A stretch of DNA of 62,758 nucleotides, the filler included, from Sphacelaria rigidula (Eukaryota), in NCBI GenBank assembly GCA_964200075.2. It is 8 parts of 8 records of this genome, joined end to end, with 100 filler letters (N's around TTAATTAATTAA, not from the genome) between each part and the next. Parts side by side here need not be neighbours in the genome. Positions count along the whole stretch, not along the records: positions 31,432 to 39,188 come from CAXNAA020013555.1; positions 39,289 to 47,045 come from CAXNAA020013556.1; positions 47,146 to 54,902 come from CAXNAA020013557.1; 5 more parts are not named here. One strand, 5' to 3'. Positions 37,901 to 50,261 of this stretch are shown here, one piece after another; position 1 is the stretch's first letter; each line of letters opens with the position of its first letter. A program made the position numbers and the translations under genes. The notes beneath the pieces were generated by a model. It was not told where the DNA came from, ran no database searches, and saw only the letters and a program-made list of their open reading frames with translations.

Positions 37901-38979
37901 GCTCGAGTCGTTATTGTTTTTTACAGTGAACAATGACTCGTGTGTTCGAGTTATTCATTTTTCCACGACGAGCAATGACTCGAGTGCTCGCCCTATGAAT
38001 GTACTACTCAAAATATACTCTCCGCCGCTCTAGCAGAACTCTGATCTGAGTGTGTGTTTGGGGGGGGGTGCTTGAATAAAATGAAAACAAGCTTCGAAGT
38101 TTGATACTTGTACATGTGCAAATCTGCATAGGAACATGAAGATTTAGGTTCAAGATAGTCCAAGAGCTCATATTACTTATTTGTTTGTCGGATTGCTGAC
38201 TCCCCCACTCAAATCGTCTATCACGAGCAGTGACTCATGTGCTTGAGCCATTTACTTTTTCCAACACGAGCAATAACTCGAGTACTCGCCCAATTAAGTT
38301 TTTCCACAACGAGCAATGACTCGAGTGCTCGCTCTATTCATTCTTTCCATCGCGAGCAATGACTCGAGTACTCGCTCGTTATACTTTTCTACACCGAGCA
38401 ATGACTTGATTGCTCGCCCTACCAATCTTTCAACAACGAGCAACGACTCGAGTGCTCGCTCTAATACTTTTTACGGCTAACGAGCAATCCAACGAGTGCG
38501 AGTTCCACGAGTCCTACTCATGCTCGTCCGACGTGCGCAATCACTTCATCCATCCATCCATCTGCTTCCCCAAGAGCTGCGGTAGTACACGAAATATTCG
38601 CGGGGACATAGCATCCACACAGCATAGCCGCGGGCAACGTTTATACTGCTGAATCTACGAAATATAAATTGATTTGATGAGTTTGCCCGACCCGGGGGTA
38701 CCGCGGCAGCATGCGCGTATTGCTGCCACCAACGTGTGCATCAAATTTTGTTTCTACTCCTACTCACCGCAAAAGGTGTTTGCTTTGCATTTCCATGCCG
38801 TATTACGATGCTGTAGTCGTCGTTTTGTCATTCCCTTCCCTCTCTCCTCGCCCCCGACCCGCCTGGCGCTTGTGGCTTCAGAGGTAATCGTAATGTTTAT
38901 TCAGAGCTGCGGGGGTGATCACCGGGCGGCGGTGTTGCTGTGTGCCGAGAATATGACGCCCCCAATTGAAATTGAAGAG
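31924..38979 (+). CDS. Unknown protein with a long Ala/Gly/Thr/Asp-rich disordered region, partial
   Basis: Phase-compatible exons 31924-31961, 32152-32297 (GC donor), 32675-32807, optionally 32948-32988 and 33140-33215/33233, then 33511-35353, 36948-37106, 38882-38979. The 1.8-kb exon is fully open and ends at GTAAGT. No family recognised. Confidence 0.72.
35530..36906 (+). mobile_element. Decayed LINE (RT C-terminal half plus CCHC), intronic
   Basis: GLMFADNFEGI (FADD-like), Y.YIG motif, FPCGKAIESRTHIVAEC; many stops. 3' end GAGTACG followed by a C-rich tail. Homologous to 54285-54902. Confidence 0.85.
37480..38535. mobile_element. Non-autonomous TIR element with two arrays of 42-43-bp palindromic repeats
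   Basis: Perfect 13-bp TIR CACGTCGGACGAG / CTCGTCCGACGTG. About 11 units at 37542-37990 and 6-7 units at 38223-38490 of ACGAGCAATGACTCGWGTGCTCG plus a T-rich linker. Confidence 0.82.
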
Positions 38980-39288
38980 GTGAGCGCAACGCACAGCCGC
39001 ACATGTTATAGCTTTTAGGTTATTGTTTCCAGGTCATGATCATATCGCATACACAATTCTGTTTGTAAGGTCGAGTGATCCTACGGTAGGAGGGCAGGCG
39101 GGCGGGGGGGGGATGTACTCACTTGCCACTTGCCGTATCAACTTTACCATATGGGGGGGGGGCGGGGGGGTAGTGATCTGAAAGTTATNNNNNNNNNNNN
39201 NNNNNNNNNNNNNNNNNNNNNNNNNNNNNNNNTTAATTAATTAANNNNNNNNNNNNNNNNNNNNNNNNNNNNNNNNNNNNNNNNNNNN

Positions 39289-39450
39289 CCCATTTATTCT
39301 AGGCGCCAGTCTGCACCTTTCGGTATATGTGGGCGCACCAGCCGGGGTCACAAAGGAACTTTTTCTTTTTTGTTTGTTTTTAGTACCCCACCTTCCCTTC
39401 TGCGGTGCTTGCCTTTACTTTTTATCGCGAGAGGGGTTCATCGGTCCCTC
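39289..39450 (-). mobile_element. SINE 3' half at contig edge
   Basis: CACCTTTCGGTATATGTGGGCGCACCAGCCGGGGTCACA...TTCTGCGGTGCTTGCCT. Confidence 0.85.
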
Positions 39451-42366
39451 TGCACGGATTTTCAGTAAAAAACAGTCAGGTGATTGAAATCTCCCCCTGT
39501 TTTCTGATCGCTTGACCGTTTTTTGTTGGAAATTCGTGTTCCGCCAGAAATGAAAGTGCGGCCAGCGGGAAATGCAAGGTTGCCCTGGAACGGCCTCAGT
39601 GAGTAGGGCAAGTTATTCCGAGGCGTCAACATCAGCCTTGCCCTCTTTTCAGGCGTAAAATGAGAGAGAAGGGCCAAAAAGGCAGTTTTGAGCAGGAGTT
39701 TTGAACGGCTCCCATTAGAGTCGGTGTGAATCGGCATCATTTCAGGTGGAATATGAGTGACATAACCCGATGAGGCCGTGTCCCACCATTTTTTTTTGTG
39801 TCGAAAGCGTGCGGTGGAGTCGAATTCGTTCGTACCTGACCACGGCGTTTATTTCCTCAAATGGTTGCCACGGCTTTCATTATCTCAGGTGGTTGCCACG
39901 GCATTCATGTTCTTAACCATCTGAGATAATAAATGCCCTGGACGTATACCAGATTCGAGCGACTTCGATTCCACCGACACCGCTCTTTTTTCTATTGTAA
40001 GACGCGGCCTGACACACCTGACGGTCAAACAGCGAACGCCCGGCAAATCTACTGCGCATGGCATTACACACGATATTACAGTGGTACGTCCGCGGAGACT
40101 CAAACCCTCTTGCCGCCGGAGCCCTTACATGGACCCTGGATGGACACCCCAGGAAAGAGTGAAAAAGATGGCTTTGCTCGCATTGAAAACGCCGTATTCC
40201 GCGAGTGAGGGGTTCGGGATTCCGGAACTCTTGGGGAGGGGGTGTTATCGAGAGTAAGTGGGTGATATGGAAGTACAAGAAGACCAAGATACTAGAAAAA
40301 TGACTTCCGCTTGCTTTTTGAGCACGGCGTTTCCACAACAAAACCCCAGCGGTCACACCGGAAAAAAACACAGACTGGTAACGTGCGTCCAACATCATTC
40401 TTGCCCAGCTTGCCCTGGCTGTTGGCAGTGTGGCCGCGGGCTTGTGCGTGAGTGCTTCGTGGCAGTCCCCAGTGTTACTTCTAGTGCATATGAGCGATGA
40501 TGGAGAACACCGCGCGGTGTCTTGTCTTGTACTTTATTCTGTAGAGACGACTGTCAGCGGTATAGCAGTAGGCAAAGAATCTCCGACCATGAGCGTCATC
40601 TTAGTTTCGAGATGCGGTCAGACTCTCCGCAGTTGGCAAAAGTTACTCCGTTCTCGTGTAGGCATACAACATTGCCGAAACAAAGTCCCGAAATATCTTC
40701 CGACTCCAAGGAGTTTTGACCGATGGGTGTCGCCTCCGCGGGACTTCGTGTCTACAGTACGTCAACACAGGACATTCGAATTTTCCCCGAGCTGACAATC
40801 TCAAGCGCTTGCCCGCGTGAACAGCACGCGGCTGTTACTCAAATTGGCGGTTGAGCTTCGTCATCGTACCCTTTTGCCAGTGAGTTTTCACTTCGTGCAC
40901 CCCCTCCCCGCCGGAGGGTTTGCAGTTTTGGATACTCGTAGGGTTGGAGTTCGGGTCCGTTTCTGAGAAAAAAAAGTGGGCGCAAGAACCTTGGAGCTTT
41001 CACAGATAATTGCGGTGGCAAACGCACTGCTGTACCCTAGTGCCTACATTGTACCATCGTGCCAATTCGGGAACAGTCAGCACATTCTATTACGATACAT
41101 GAGCGCGAATCTCACTATTTCTAACCGTATGGACGCGGAAGTTAGTTGGACCCGCACTTCGGCTTATGTCGCCGCGAAGCGGCGCCTGACTCCCGTTGCC
41201 CGCAGCAAAACTTTCCTTGGCAATGTTTATGTTACTGCCCAAAGTGCGGACCTCGCTGTGCCCGAGGGTCCATCTCCGGATTCCGTTGGGGGGTAGGGTG
41301 AGGGTGAAGGTAGGGTTGGTGTAACAATGAGCAGTAGAATGGGGACTACTTTGTAGACAAGTATCAACAATACGGGTCCACGGGGGGCCGATCCACCAAG
41401 CTCTGGAGAAGTTGGTCCCTCGTGCTACCACTGTTGGTCGGTCGATCCTAATAACGGTACAAATGCTGCATCATCTTTGTATGGCACACACACGGTCCAA
41501 GCCCTGTGGACTACGAGTATCTGTTCAGTTGTTGTGCTGGCCACCAATACGGTACAAACAGCAAACTGCACGGGGGTGCTCTGCGCTCAAGAATACAATA
41601 CCGTACTACATGCGAAGAATGACGGATGCGACATGCAGGGTGTGAGAATGGGTGCGAATGTGCTGGCATATCGCTGAGTGTCGGGAGAGGGAGCAGGCCG
41701 GGGTAATTTAACACACATCATCCACCGGATTATTTTGCCCGCAACACGAGTAGTAGTAGAGCACAGATAAAACAGTACGATACTTCCTGTATTTCGAAAA
41801 CCACGAGGTGACGTAATGTTTCGGTTCAGCGCAGATGCCTCCGATTTGACCTGGTCGATCTGCGATGCTTCTTGCTTACGTCGTCATTTCCAACGGTGGT
41901 ATTTCATTCATCTACAGCCAGTGAATGTCGGTGCGTGCCTCAGGGATACTGTACTACTGACCGTAGTATGCTGGTGTAGTGACTGCTGTTGCACGATCAG
42001 TATCCCTGCGCCTCTCAGCAAGGCAGTGGGATCGAACATCGCCACTTTGGACTGGGCATTCCCCAGGATGGCGCTGATACGCCCGTTCTCTACAATTGTG
42101 AAGTGAAGTGAAGTGAACGGATAAGTGGGATGGAAGCTGCTCTCGACCTGGTTCGTAGGAAGGTCGACATGCATCGGGCGTTGCCTGTGTTTGTGTTTGA
42201 TTGCCAGAAAATGAGACAACTTGTACCTCTTACAGTATGCAACAGGAACCAGGGAACAAATATGAAGCGGTCCAACGCCATGCGCAATGCTCGTTAAACG
42301 AGACAGACGTGCTAATGTATCACCAAAAAATGCGTACATAGGCTACTCGTGTTCTTAACTCCTCAA

Positions 42367-42464
42367 CCGTTAGACCGCGAGATTAGTCTTTCTGGATCAT
42401 GTATACTTTTTTTCACTTGAAATTGATGCCGATTCGACAGTAGACTAACCTCGCGGTCTAAGGG
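42367..42464. mobile_element. 98-bp piggyBac-like MITE
   Basis: CCGTTAGACCGCGAGATTAGTCT / AGACTAACCTCGCGGTCTAAGGG TIRs; flanks TCAA and TTAA. Confidence 0.65.
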
Positions 42465-44320
42465 TTAACCGCCAGAGTAGGTCATCTGGTCATGCAATAA
42501 TTTTCGAGCGAAACTACTGCTTCTGATTCAACGAATGACCTGCGCTCGAGGTCAAAGGGTTGATGAGGTGAAGAGATGCTCCGTGGCATACAGTAGAAGG
42601 ATGCACATGGCAGCTGTGCCCTGACAAAAAAAAATCTTCGAGAGTAGATGCGTCAAACATCCGGGATGGGGAAAAGTGACCGACAAAAAATGAGGCGCGC
42701 ACATTGATCATCGGATGGGGAATTGTGAATTGCACCGTCTCGTGCCGTCTGGTGGACAGTGACCGTACATAGTTTGCCCTTGGGGTGAGATGTTGCCTGT
42801 AAATATGGTAGAGCCTGTGTCCACTGCACATTGATTGCACTACTGGTTGTACACCACATGCAGGGCAAAAAACCATCGGCTTGTGAATTAGGACGGACTT
42901 TGGGGAAATACTCTGGCGTCGGTTGCAAGCGCTGACGCTAGCTTACGTCCACTCTCTTTGTGGAACGCTTTCCATCCATCCTGAAATGGCTACCTGGTGG
43001 CCGCACCGGTGAGGTCAGGACTGAACAGCACAGCTCCGCACAACGGTCCTATTGGTCGTGTATAAAATTGTCGGTACAGTACCTCTAGCAGCGTAACAAA
43101 GATAACACCCCCTAGCGACGAAGAAACAACAACAGGCCTTTTCTCGCTCAAGTTTGAAAACGACAGGTAGTGCTCGTCAAAATGATACTCGTGCTTTTGA
43201 GAAGAACTGGCCAGAAATCTGCTTAAAGCTCGAGATCTTCCGCTGATGCGCAGATGTCTGGCTTGATGAAATCGAGCTAGCCGGAACGACAGGAGGTGTT
43301 ATTCTCCGTACAAAGTCGAACCCCGTAAAAAAAAGACACAAGAGATTTCAAATCGGTAAAACTCCGCCTTCGAAAACATGAAAGAAGGGATAAAACCACC
43401 CTGAACATTGCAGCCGGGGACAGAACGACCTCGAAGACATCTACGATCGACAGCATGATCACCCATGCTATGTAGGGGCTTGTGAAGCCTACAGAAGGAA
43501 AAGCTAGCGCTCGCTGCTTGATGACGAACGTGTTGCGGACAACATCACGATCAACACGGCTGATGAAAAAAGTTGACGACAGTTGTTCTTGCACAAAAAA
43601 ATCGTTTTCTGTAGGTGGAGAAGCATACTGTAGGGCAGAGCTGTTGCACATAACTCCCCCGAACGGTCTGAACAACTTCACAAACAACTGAATATCTGCC
43701 CACGTGTGCTACGTCACGTCATGTGAGAGCGGCCGTGTGAAATGGTGGGCGTCTTGCGATGCTAACGATTAGAAGACGTGCGATGTACGTTCGGGATGCC
43801 TGTGAGATAACGACGCGCAGTTCAGCCGCGCACTACGTAAGAAACAGGCCCTAGTGCTTTGCAATGACTACATCGGCCGGACGAGTGTTTGTTCCAGGTG
43901 TCTCGAACACGTAAGTGAGCACTGCAACCAATGCCCAACCAACTGGAGAAAATTGAAACAAGCTCTCTGATTCGTTTGGTGCCTAGCCTTGTCACAAGCG
44001 ATTGCGTGTTCGCTTGTGTTGTTCATGGGCACGAGAGCGACGACGACCGCCGGTGGGCGAGGCAATTATAGACTCACCTTGCGTGGGCATGAAGGAATTA
44101 CGTGCCTAGTCGAGATGCTTCGGACAGCAGTACGCTACACCGCATCGTATCCATTTTGGGGGCGGTGTTTGCGAAGGAAACAACAGGCAGAACATCAGCA
44201 TCCAGATCCTCGGTACAAGTGAACAGAGGATTACGACCAGCAACAAATGTGCAACGCGAACGCAGCAGCCTCGCATCAAACAAGCAGGCTGGTCCTTCTC
44301 TCTTTCACAACCCCACTCAC

Positions 44321-44399
44321 ATTTGACTTTTCCGAAAGCTCCCATGCCTAGCGTAGACAGCAGGCGATAATGGCCGATTTCGATCGGAGCATTCTCCAT
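44321..44399 (-). CDS. First coding exon of an SNF1/AMPK-alpha (SnRK1)-family Ser/Thr kinase
   Basis: MENAPIEIGHYRLLSTLGMGAFGKVK then GTGAGT donor; matches the IGHY.L..TLG.G.FGKVK N-terminus of this family. Exon 2 was not found in the contig. Confidence 0.78.
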
Positions 44400-45948
44400 G
44401 ACTGCACCTCAAGCCTCCGCTCCCTGCTCTACTCCTTCCAGCTAACACCCCCCCCCCCCCAACCCCGCCCACCACCCCCTGCAGGCAAAACGCAAATCTC
44501 AACTCGAGATCTAGCTAGCTGTAGAGCTATCACCCCGCCAACGCCACTATCTGCTTGTTCTGTTGACTCCCGGGGAAGAATTAAAGTCGAATGAGACGCA
44601 AATAGCGCACAGTCGGCGCAGCGTGGAGCCGAGGTGTGGTTCACATAAGCAATGCGACAGGGGGAGCGGTGCTCGAGTGGAGCAGTTATTTTCGCTGTGG
44701 AGGCGTGTTCAACTTTTTGACAGTCTGCAGTTCCGACCGCGGACCTGAAATATATTAGCTACTCCATATGTGAAGACGAAAAACATATCTTGCACCTGCG
44801 TCATCAACCTGGGGCGAGGTATCGGTTGATCTGTGGATTGGCCTAGGTAGATCGAGCAGTCTCACATCATACCACCGACGTCATTCTTTGCACTACGAGA
44901 TATTATATATATTTATATATTTTAGTCGATCCATTTATGCAGAACATGCAGCAGAGAGGCAGGCCGCCGCCTCTGATGAAAATGTCAGATCGTCTGGCAG
45001 ATGCTATAGTTGTGACATTTAAGAAGAAGAATCACTTTATTTTATTGAATGATTGCTACGTTTTGCTACTATTTTTCGGAGGAAAATTCTCAAACTCCAC
45101 CGTCTCCGTCTCTTGTGGGGTGTTTGTTTGAGAGTCTTTTTTTTTTGTGAGCATAAATTTTAAATTCATCTCAACGACATCACTTCTCCCAACATCATTA
45201 ATTTATCATATATTATTCGAGGAATAAATGTCCCCCCCCCCAAAACCAATCGGGCTTGTTTGACAAATCGCTATATCCGAACACACCACCATGTCCACAC
45301 GGCAGGTTAGGAATTGTGGGTCTGGAGACTGTACAGGTCTAATGAGGAGCTCGTAGCAGTTGAATCGGCCATGGTGCACCACTGACCAGCTTCTCAACAA
45401 CGTTGAAATTGTTGTTGTTGTTATCTAATATATTGTATAGCGACCGTAAATAAACTCAGATGGTCGTCGCTGACGATATCATGACAGCGTAATGTCTTTG
45501 GTAGCAAGGAATCATCGGGGACTGACAGTGGCGATCGACTCAACAAGGAGTTGCCGGCTACTTCCGCGTAACACGGTGCATGTGTGCTATTCTGGCCTTG
45601 ATATTATTTTCCCGTCAGATCAGCAAGTCTGTACCTGGTACCAAGTAAAATAGCGAGGGAAGCGAAAAATGAACATCGAAACCAAACGGGAACGGATTTA
45701 GGCGAATGTATGTATGAATAAAAAGCCCATGTTTCATCCGTGTAGGCTAGAGGCGGGCCAAGCCGCGACTCCTGCACAGGGACGGAGACAGGTGCACCCC
45801 TACTTGCTGAACGCCTGATCACCCATCTGTGGAATTTGTGTGTGGGTGCTTTATTATAAGTTGGTGGTGTGAGCTGTCGATTGGCGAAGAAAGGCAAGGC
45901 GAACTACAAAAAAGAGTCCTGGTGGCTGGAAGCTTTTCCACAATGACA

Positions 45949-46014
45949 ATGGCTTCAGTACCTGAGAACCGGAGGCTGCCGAAGAAGGAGGGCGATCTGT
46001 TCAAGTCTATACTG
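45949..46014 (+). CDS. NAA15: First coding exon of the NatA auxiliary subunit (NAA15/Nat1-like)
   Basis: MASVPENRRLPKKEGDLFKSIL then GTGGGT donor; resembles the conserved LPxKExxLFKxI(L/V) N-terminus. Alternative ATG at 45943. Only 22 aa are visible. Confidence 0.68.
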
Positions 46015-46703
46015 GTGGGTTGAGTGCGGCAGAAGGTTATGGCGAGAATCGCAATTGGATTTTTCCGTGTTTCCGTGGGCATCGCGTGCTTAGACTGCCC
46101 TTATTCTCGTTCAGTACTGTCTGCGAGTGGTATCTTTTGTTCAATGAATGTTCCAAGGGTGTCATGCGTGTTGGTGCGGCTGTCCACACGAGAGAAATGA
46201 TGGCCGGTTACCGCGCAACACCCCCGACCACATAACGGCATCGTACTTTGATGAGAAGAGGATGAACTATCCTATTTCCGTGCTGTTGCACGGTCCAGTG
46301 TATCCTTGTCAAGGCAGTGAGAGTGTTGAGCTTTGCAGCTTTCAGGCGCTTGGCTGTTGTAGTTGCTTGTGCAGTTGGTCCCATGCTTGTGTTCTGTACC
46401 ACACACAATGGCACCGCGCCGGACTGGGGCACCCGCTGTTCCCCCTTCGCTCCACATCAACCATTTCACACCCAGTTTTGCCTGTCGCAGTCCAGCAAGT
46501 ACACCAGTCAGTAAGTACCTTTGACTAGACATTGTTGCCGTGCAGCGCCCCCGAACAATGCCTCTCTCCTTTACACTTACCCGCGGCACACACGTGTTCA
46601 CAGACGGTCGTTCGTCGTCCAAGACCTCACCCGCTTCAGTACAGAGCATGCATGTTTTTTGTCTACTGTAAACAGCAGTAGATGATCTGTCTTCGTATAT
46701 ACA

Positions 46704-47045
46704 GTGTGTGTGTTGCCGTCCCATTTATTCTGGGCACCAGTCTACACCTTTCGGTATATGTGGGCGCATCAGCCGGGGTCACACAGGAGTAAGATCAGCA
46801 CAGGAGCTTTTTCTTTTTTATTTGTTTTTGATGCCCCACCTCCCTTCTGCGGTGCTTGCCTTCTATTTTTTTATCGCGAGAGGCGTTGAGCAGTCCCTTT
46901 TCCCTCGTCGACCGTTAGGTCGAATTTTGTGCACCCACGACATAGTCGCTCTTCACTGTTGGGCATGGTGTGAGAAAAGATTCCAGGTCGCTCCGGGAAT
47001 CCAACCCCTCTACTCAACCATCAGAAGGTTACGAGGTAACCAACT
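46704..47045 (-). mobile_element. Near-full-length tRNA-derived SINE (head cut by contig end)
   Basis: Colinear with 24852-25200, including the (CA)n tail. Confidence 0.88.
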
Positions 47046-47377
47046 NNNNNNNNNNNNNNNNNNNNNNNNNNNNNNNNNNNNNNNNNNNNTTAATTAATTA
47101 ANNNNNNNNNNNNNNNNNNNNNNNNNNNNNNNNNNNNNNNNNNNNCAAGAGAGATATGCCACTTCAGCCTCATATTTTGTATGAACCCCAAAAAATAAAA
47201 TCGGCTGTTAGTCCCCAAATCTATGAACTCGGAACAATCTGACGTTCTTCAGCCACGAATGAGCTATCTTGACTACTCTCCCTGGCTATATAGACTAACA
47301 AGCCTAAGTATTGACCTGATTGTTATCGAAGTAAGAAACTACAATTGATCGAACTCCCTACCGCCATCGCCTATAAC

Positions 47378-47805
47378 CACGGGATTTTACAAATTCGGCG
47401 ATGGATCTTTTATTGGGGATGAAAACCCGGAGAATTAAAATCTTCGTATCCACACCTGATCTTTGAGGTATGCTTCCATTTCTTCACTTGCTGGTAGCTT
47501 TTGACAACTACTGCACGACATACAAATTTGGATTTCGATAACCGAAATGTCGGGGTCCTAGATTGAGCACCAATCTTGGGGGATTTTTCGTGTCCGATCG
47601 GACGCCAAAATTGGTTTTTGACATAGGACCCCGAGATTTCGGTAATCGCAATCCAAATTTTTATGGCGTGTAGTAGTTGTCAACAGCTACCAACAAGTCA
47701 AGAAATGGAGCCATCTTTCGAATATTTGGTGTGGATACGAAGATTTTAATTCTCCGGGTTTTCATCCCCAATAAAAGATCCATCCCCAAGTTGTGAAATC
47801 CTGTG
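47378..47805. mobile_element. Palindromic MITE family A, copy 3
   Basis: CACGGGATTTTACAAAT...TTGTGAAATCCTGTG, full foldback. Confidence 0.88.
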
Positions 47806-47869
47806 TATATTTTTAAAAATGTGTCCAATACAAATATATATATATAAATGGTGATACCTACCCCTGCCC

Positions 47870-50150
47870 AAGACGAAATCGCGGTGTCTTTTGAAACTCT
47901 CTCCACCAAGCTTTCGGGAGAATATTCATCTGCTGCTCCTTTTATCGAAGATACTTTACAGAAATGTCACCACTGGCAAAGTGGTGTTGTACATCAACGT
48001 GCTTGCTGTCGGACGAGCTCAAGGGCTTTTCAGCTAGACCTATCGCCCCCTTGCTGTTGTCCTCGAGAGCATCAAGTCTTATCGATCCCAAACTGGGCAT
48101 TACAAACGCCAGAACCCCCCTCACATACAGTGCCTCCTTGATACCGTCCGCCATTGCTACAAACTCCACCTCAGTGGTAGATGGTGACGCACTTCTGTGT
48201 CCTAGAGAACCGAGACACTAGCGCACCTCCGTAGCAAATTACCACACCAGAAACGGAACGTCGGTCCTCCGCCTCATGGGCGTAGTCTGCGTCAACGTAC
48301 GTGTCCAAGTCAAACTCCAACTGAAGAGACTCTTGGTCGCTAGTTCTCTTCGAAAGTAAACCTAAGTGCGACGCAGAAAGCACATAGTCGAGTATCTTCC
48401 GTTCCCCCTTTTAGTGGATCGGCTCAGGGTCATGTGAAAACCGAGCGATTGCCCGAACCGCATTCACGATATCGGGCCTCGGCTGGATCGCTATCCACTC
48501 CAGGCTCCCAACGATCTCACGGAAAGGCAAATCCACCACGGTCTCCTCCTCGCTTGCACACCTGAGGTATATGGAAGGGGTAGCGGGCATGGGGCTGGAC
48601 TTCGAGACGTCCAAACGATTTGGCATACTCCAAATGAACTGGGTTTGTTGAATTTCCAAAGTACCTTACTCCCGGTCCCTTTGTACCACTCTACCTTCCC
48701 GAGATGTTCAGTGGGAAATCTCCTATTGAATGCACCGACTACAACCTTAGTCACCTCCTCAGTACCCGCAATAATGGTATCTTTCACATGGAAGACCATC
48801 ATCGCCACAACATCACTAGCAAACCTTAGTCGGACCATACAGGGATCTACCAAGCATTGCTCGAAACGACACTATACCGGAGTTAACGACAACAGTTTAC
48901 ATCATGCACGACGACTCTGCTTCAACCCGTACAAAACACGGGATTTTACAAAGTGAGGTTGGATTTCTTATTGAGGATGAGAACCCGGAGAATTCACATC
49001 TTCGTATCCGCACCAAATCTTCGAAATTTAGTTCCATTCCTTCACCTGCTGGTAGCTATTGACACCTACTACATGCCATACAAATTTGGACCCTGATTAC
49101 TGACATGTTGGGGTCCTAGGTAAAGAAACAATTTTGGTGAACTTAGATGATCCGATCGGACCCCAAAACTGGTTCGTCACCTAGGGCCCCAACATTGCGT
49201 TTATCGAAATCCAAATTCGCGTGGCGTGTAGTTCTCAACAGCTACCAGCAAGTGAAGGAAGGGAACCATATTCCAAAGATTTGGTGTTGGTACGAATATT
49301 GAAATTTTCCGGGTTCTCATCCTCAATAAAGAAAAAACATCCCCAGTTTGTAAAATCCCGTGTTGCAAGGTCTTATTCAGTCGCACCTTACCAGATACCG
49401 ATCCACAACCGAGGGTCAGATGCCGGCGACCAACTCCGACTGAATGAAAATCTGGTCTATATTCAAGTGCCTCAAATCTCACTCTAGCTTACGTGTCATG
49501 GCCGCCACCAACCTGTTTGAAGTAGCAGGAGCCATCAGGGCAAACGTTTCAAGATAGTCTACTCCCTCTATCTGACTGTACCCCACAGCTACCATACGGA
49601 CTTTCGCCCGGTTAACCATACCATGAGAATCACCATCCCATTTACATTACTGGTTGGCGTCTACGATGCTGCACCCCTCAGTAGTGTCAGTCGCCTCCGG
49701 AAACGTTCGGGCAGCCATGAGTCCATCGAACTCTATCTTCATTGCTTTCATCCATACTTCCGAGTACTGCGATGAGGATGCCGCAGGATACGACAACGGC
49801 TCCGGCTCCGCTCCCCGGACGAGACATTCCGGTAGCTCGCCCGGTTTACGGGTAATCTCCTGTACCGACAGCTGCCCATGGATAATTGTGTCCCCGTCAT
49901 TGGATCCCAACATAGTCAAACGGCCAGCTCCTTCTTGATTGAGCGCTCGCGTCTGCGCTCTCGTTCGCCCAAGTTCGTCGTCGCCATTCCGAATCCAGCC
50001 AGATGTGACTCAAATGTGCGCGCCGTAGTCCACGCTGCCGTTGGAATCGGAATATGTTCGCCCGATGGGGACAAACCGCTCGCCTCGACTGGGAGTCGCC
50101 GTCGGCAGACGACTCTCTACTCACCGATGGCAAACAAACACCTGAAATAA
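47870..50150 (-). mobile_element. Decayed Ty1/Copia pol (RT and RNase H)
   Basis: WMKAMKIEFDGL, VRLNKTLYGLKQS (split by a MITE), DPC, FREIVGSLEW..RPDI, YVDADYA..DRRSVSG, EFVAM, EDNSKGAI..KHVDVQHHF; multiple frameshifts. Confidence 0.92.
48937..49362. mobile_element. Palindromic MITE family A, copy 4, nested in Copia RT
   Basis: CACGGGATTTTACAAA...TTTGTAAAATCCCGTG; removing it restores LNKT-LYGLKQ. Confidence 0.9.
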
Positions 50151-50261
50151 CAGTTGTGGTGTCGGGGGCCTACTGATTTCTTTCGCCAGGAGAAGCCCGC
50201 TCACCTTCACCACCATGGTCGGCACTCTTCACCGGAGATGTTACTCGACGCTCATGAGGGA

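Noticed and set aside
37540..38490. CRISPR array
   Set aside because: Linkers are only about 12-20 nt, T-rich and similar to each other; repeats are degenerate; there are no cas genes; the array lies inside TIRs in a eukaryotic intron.
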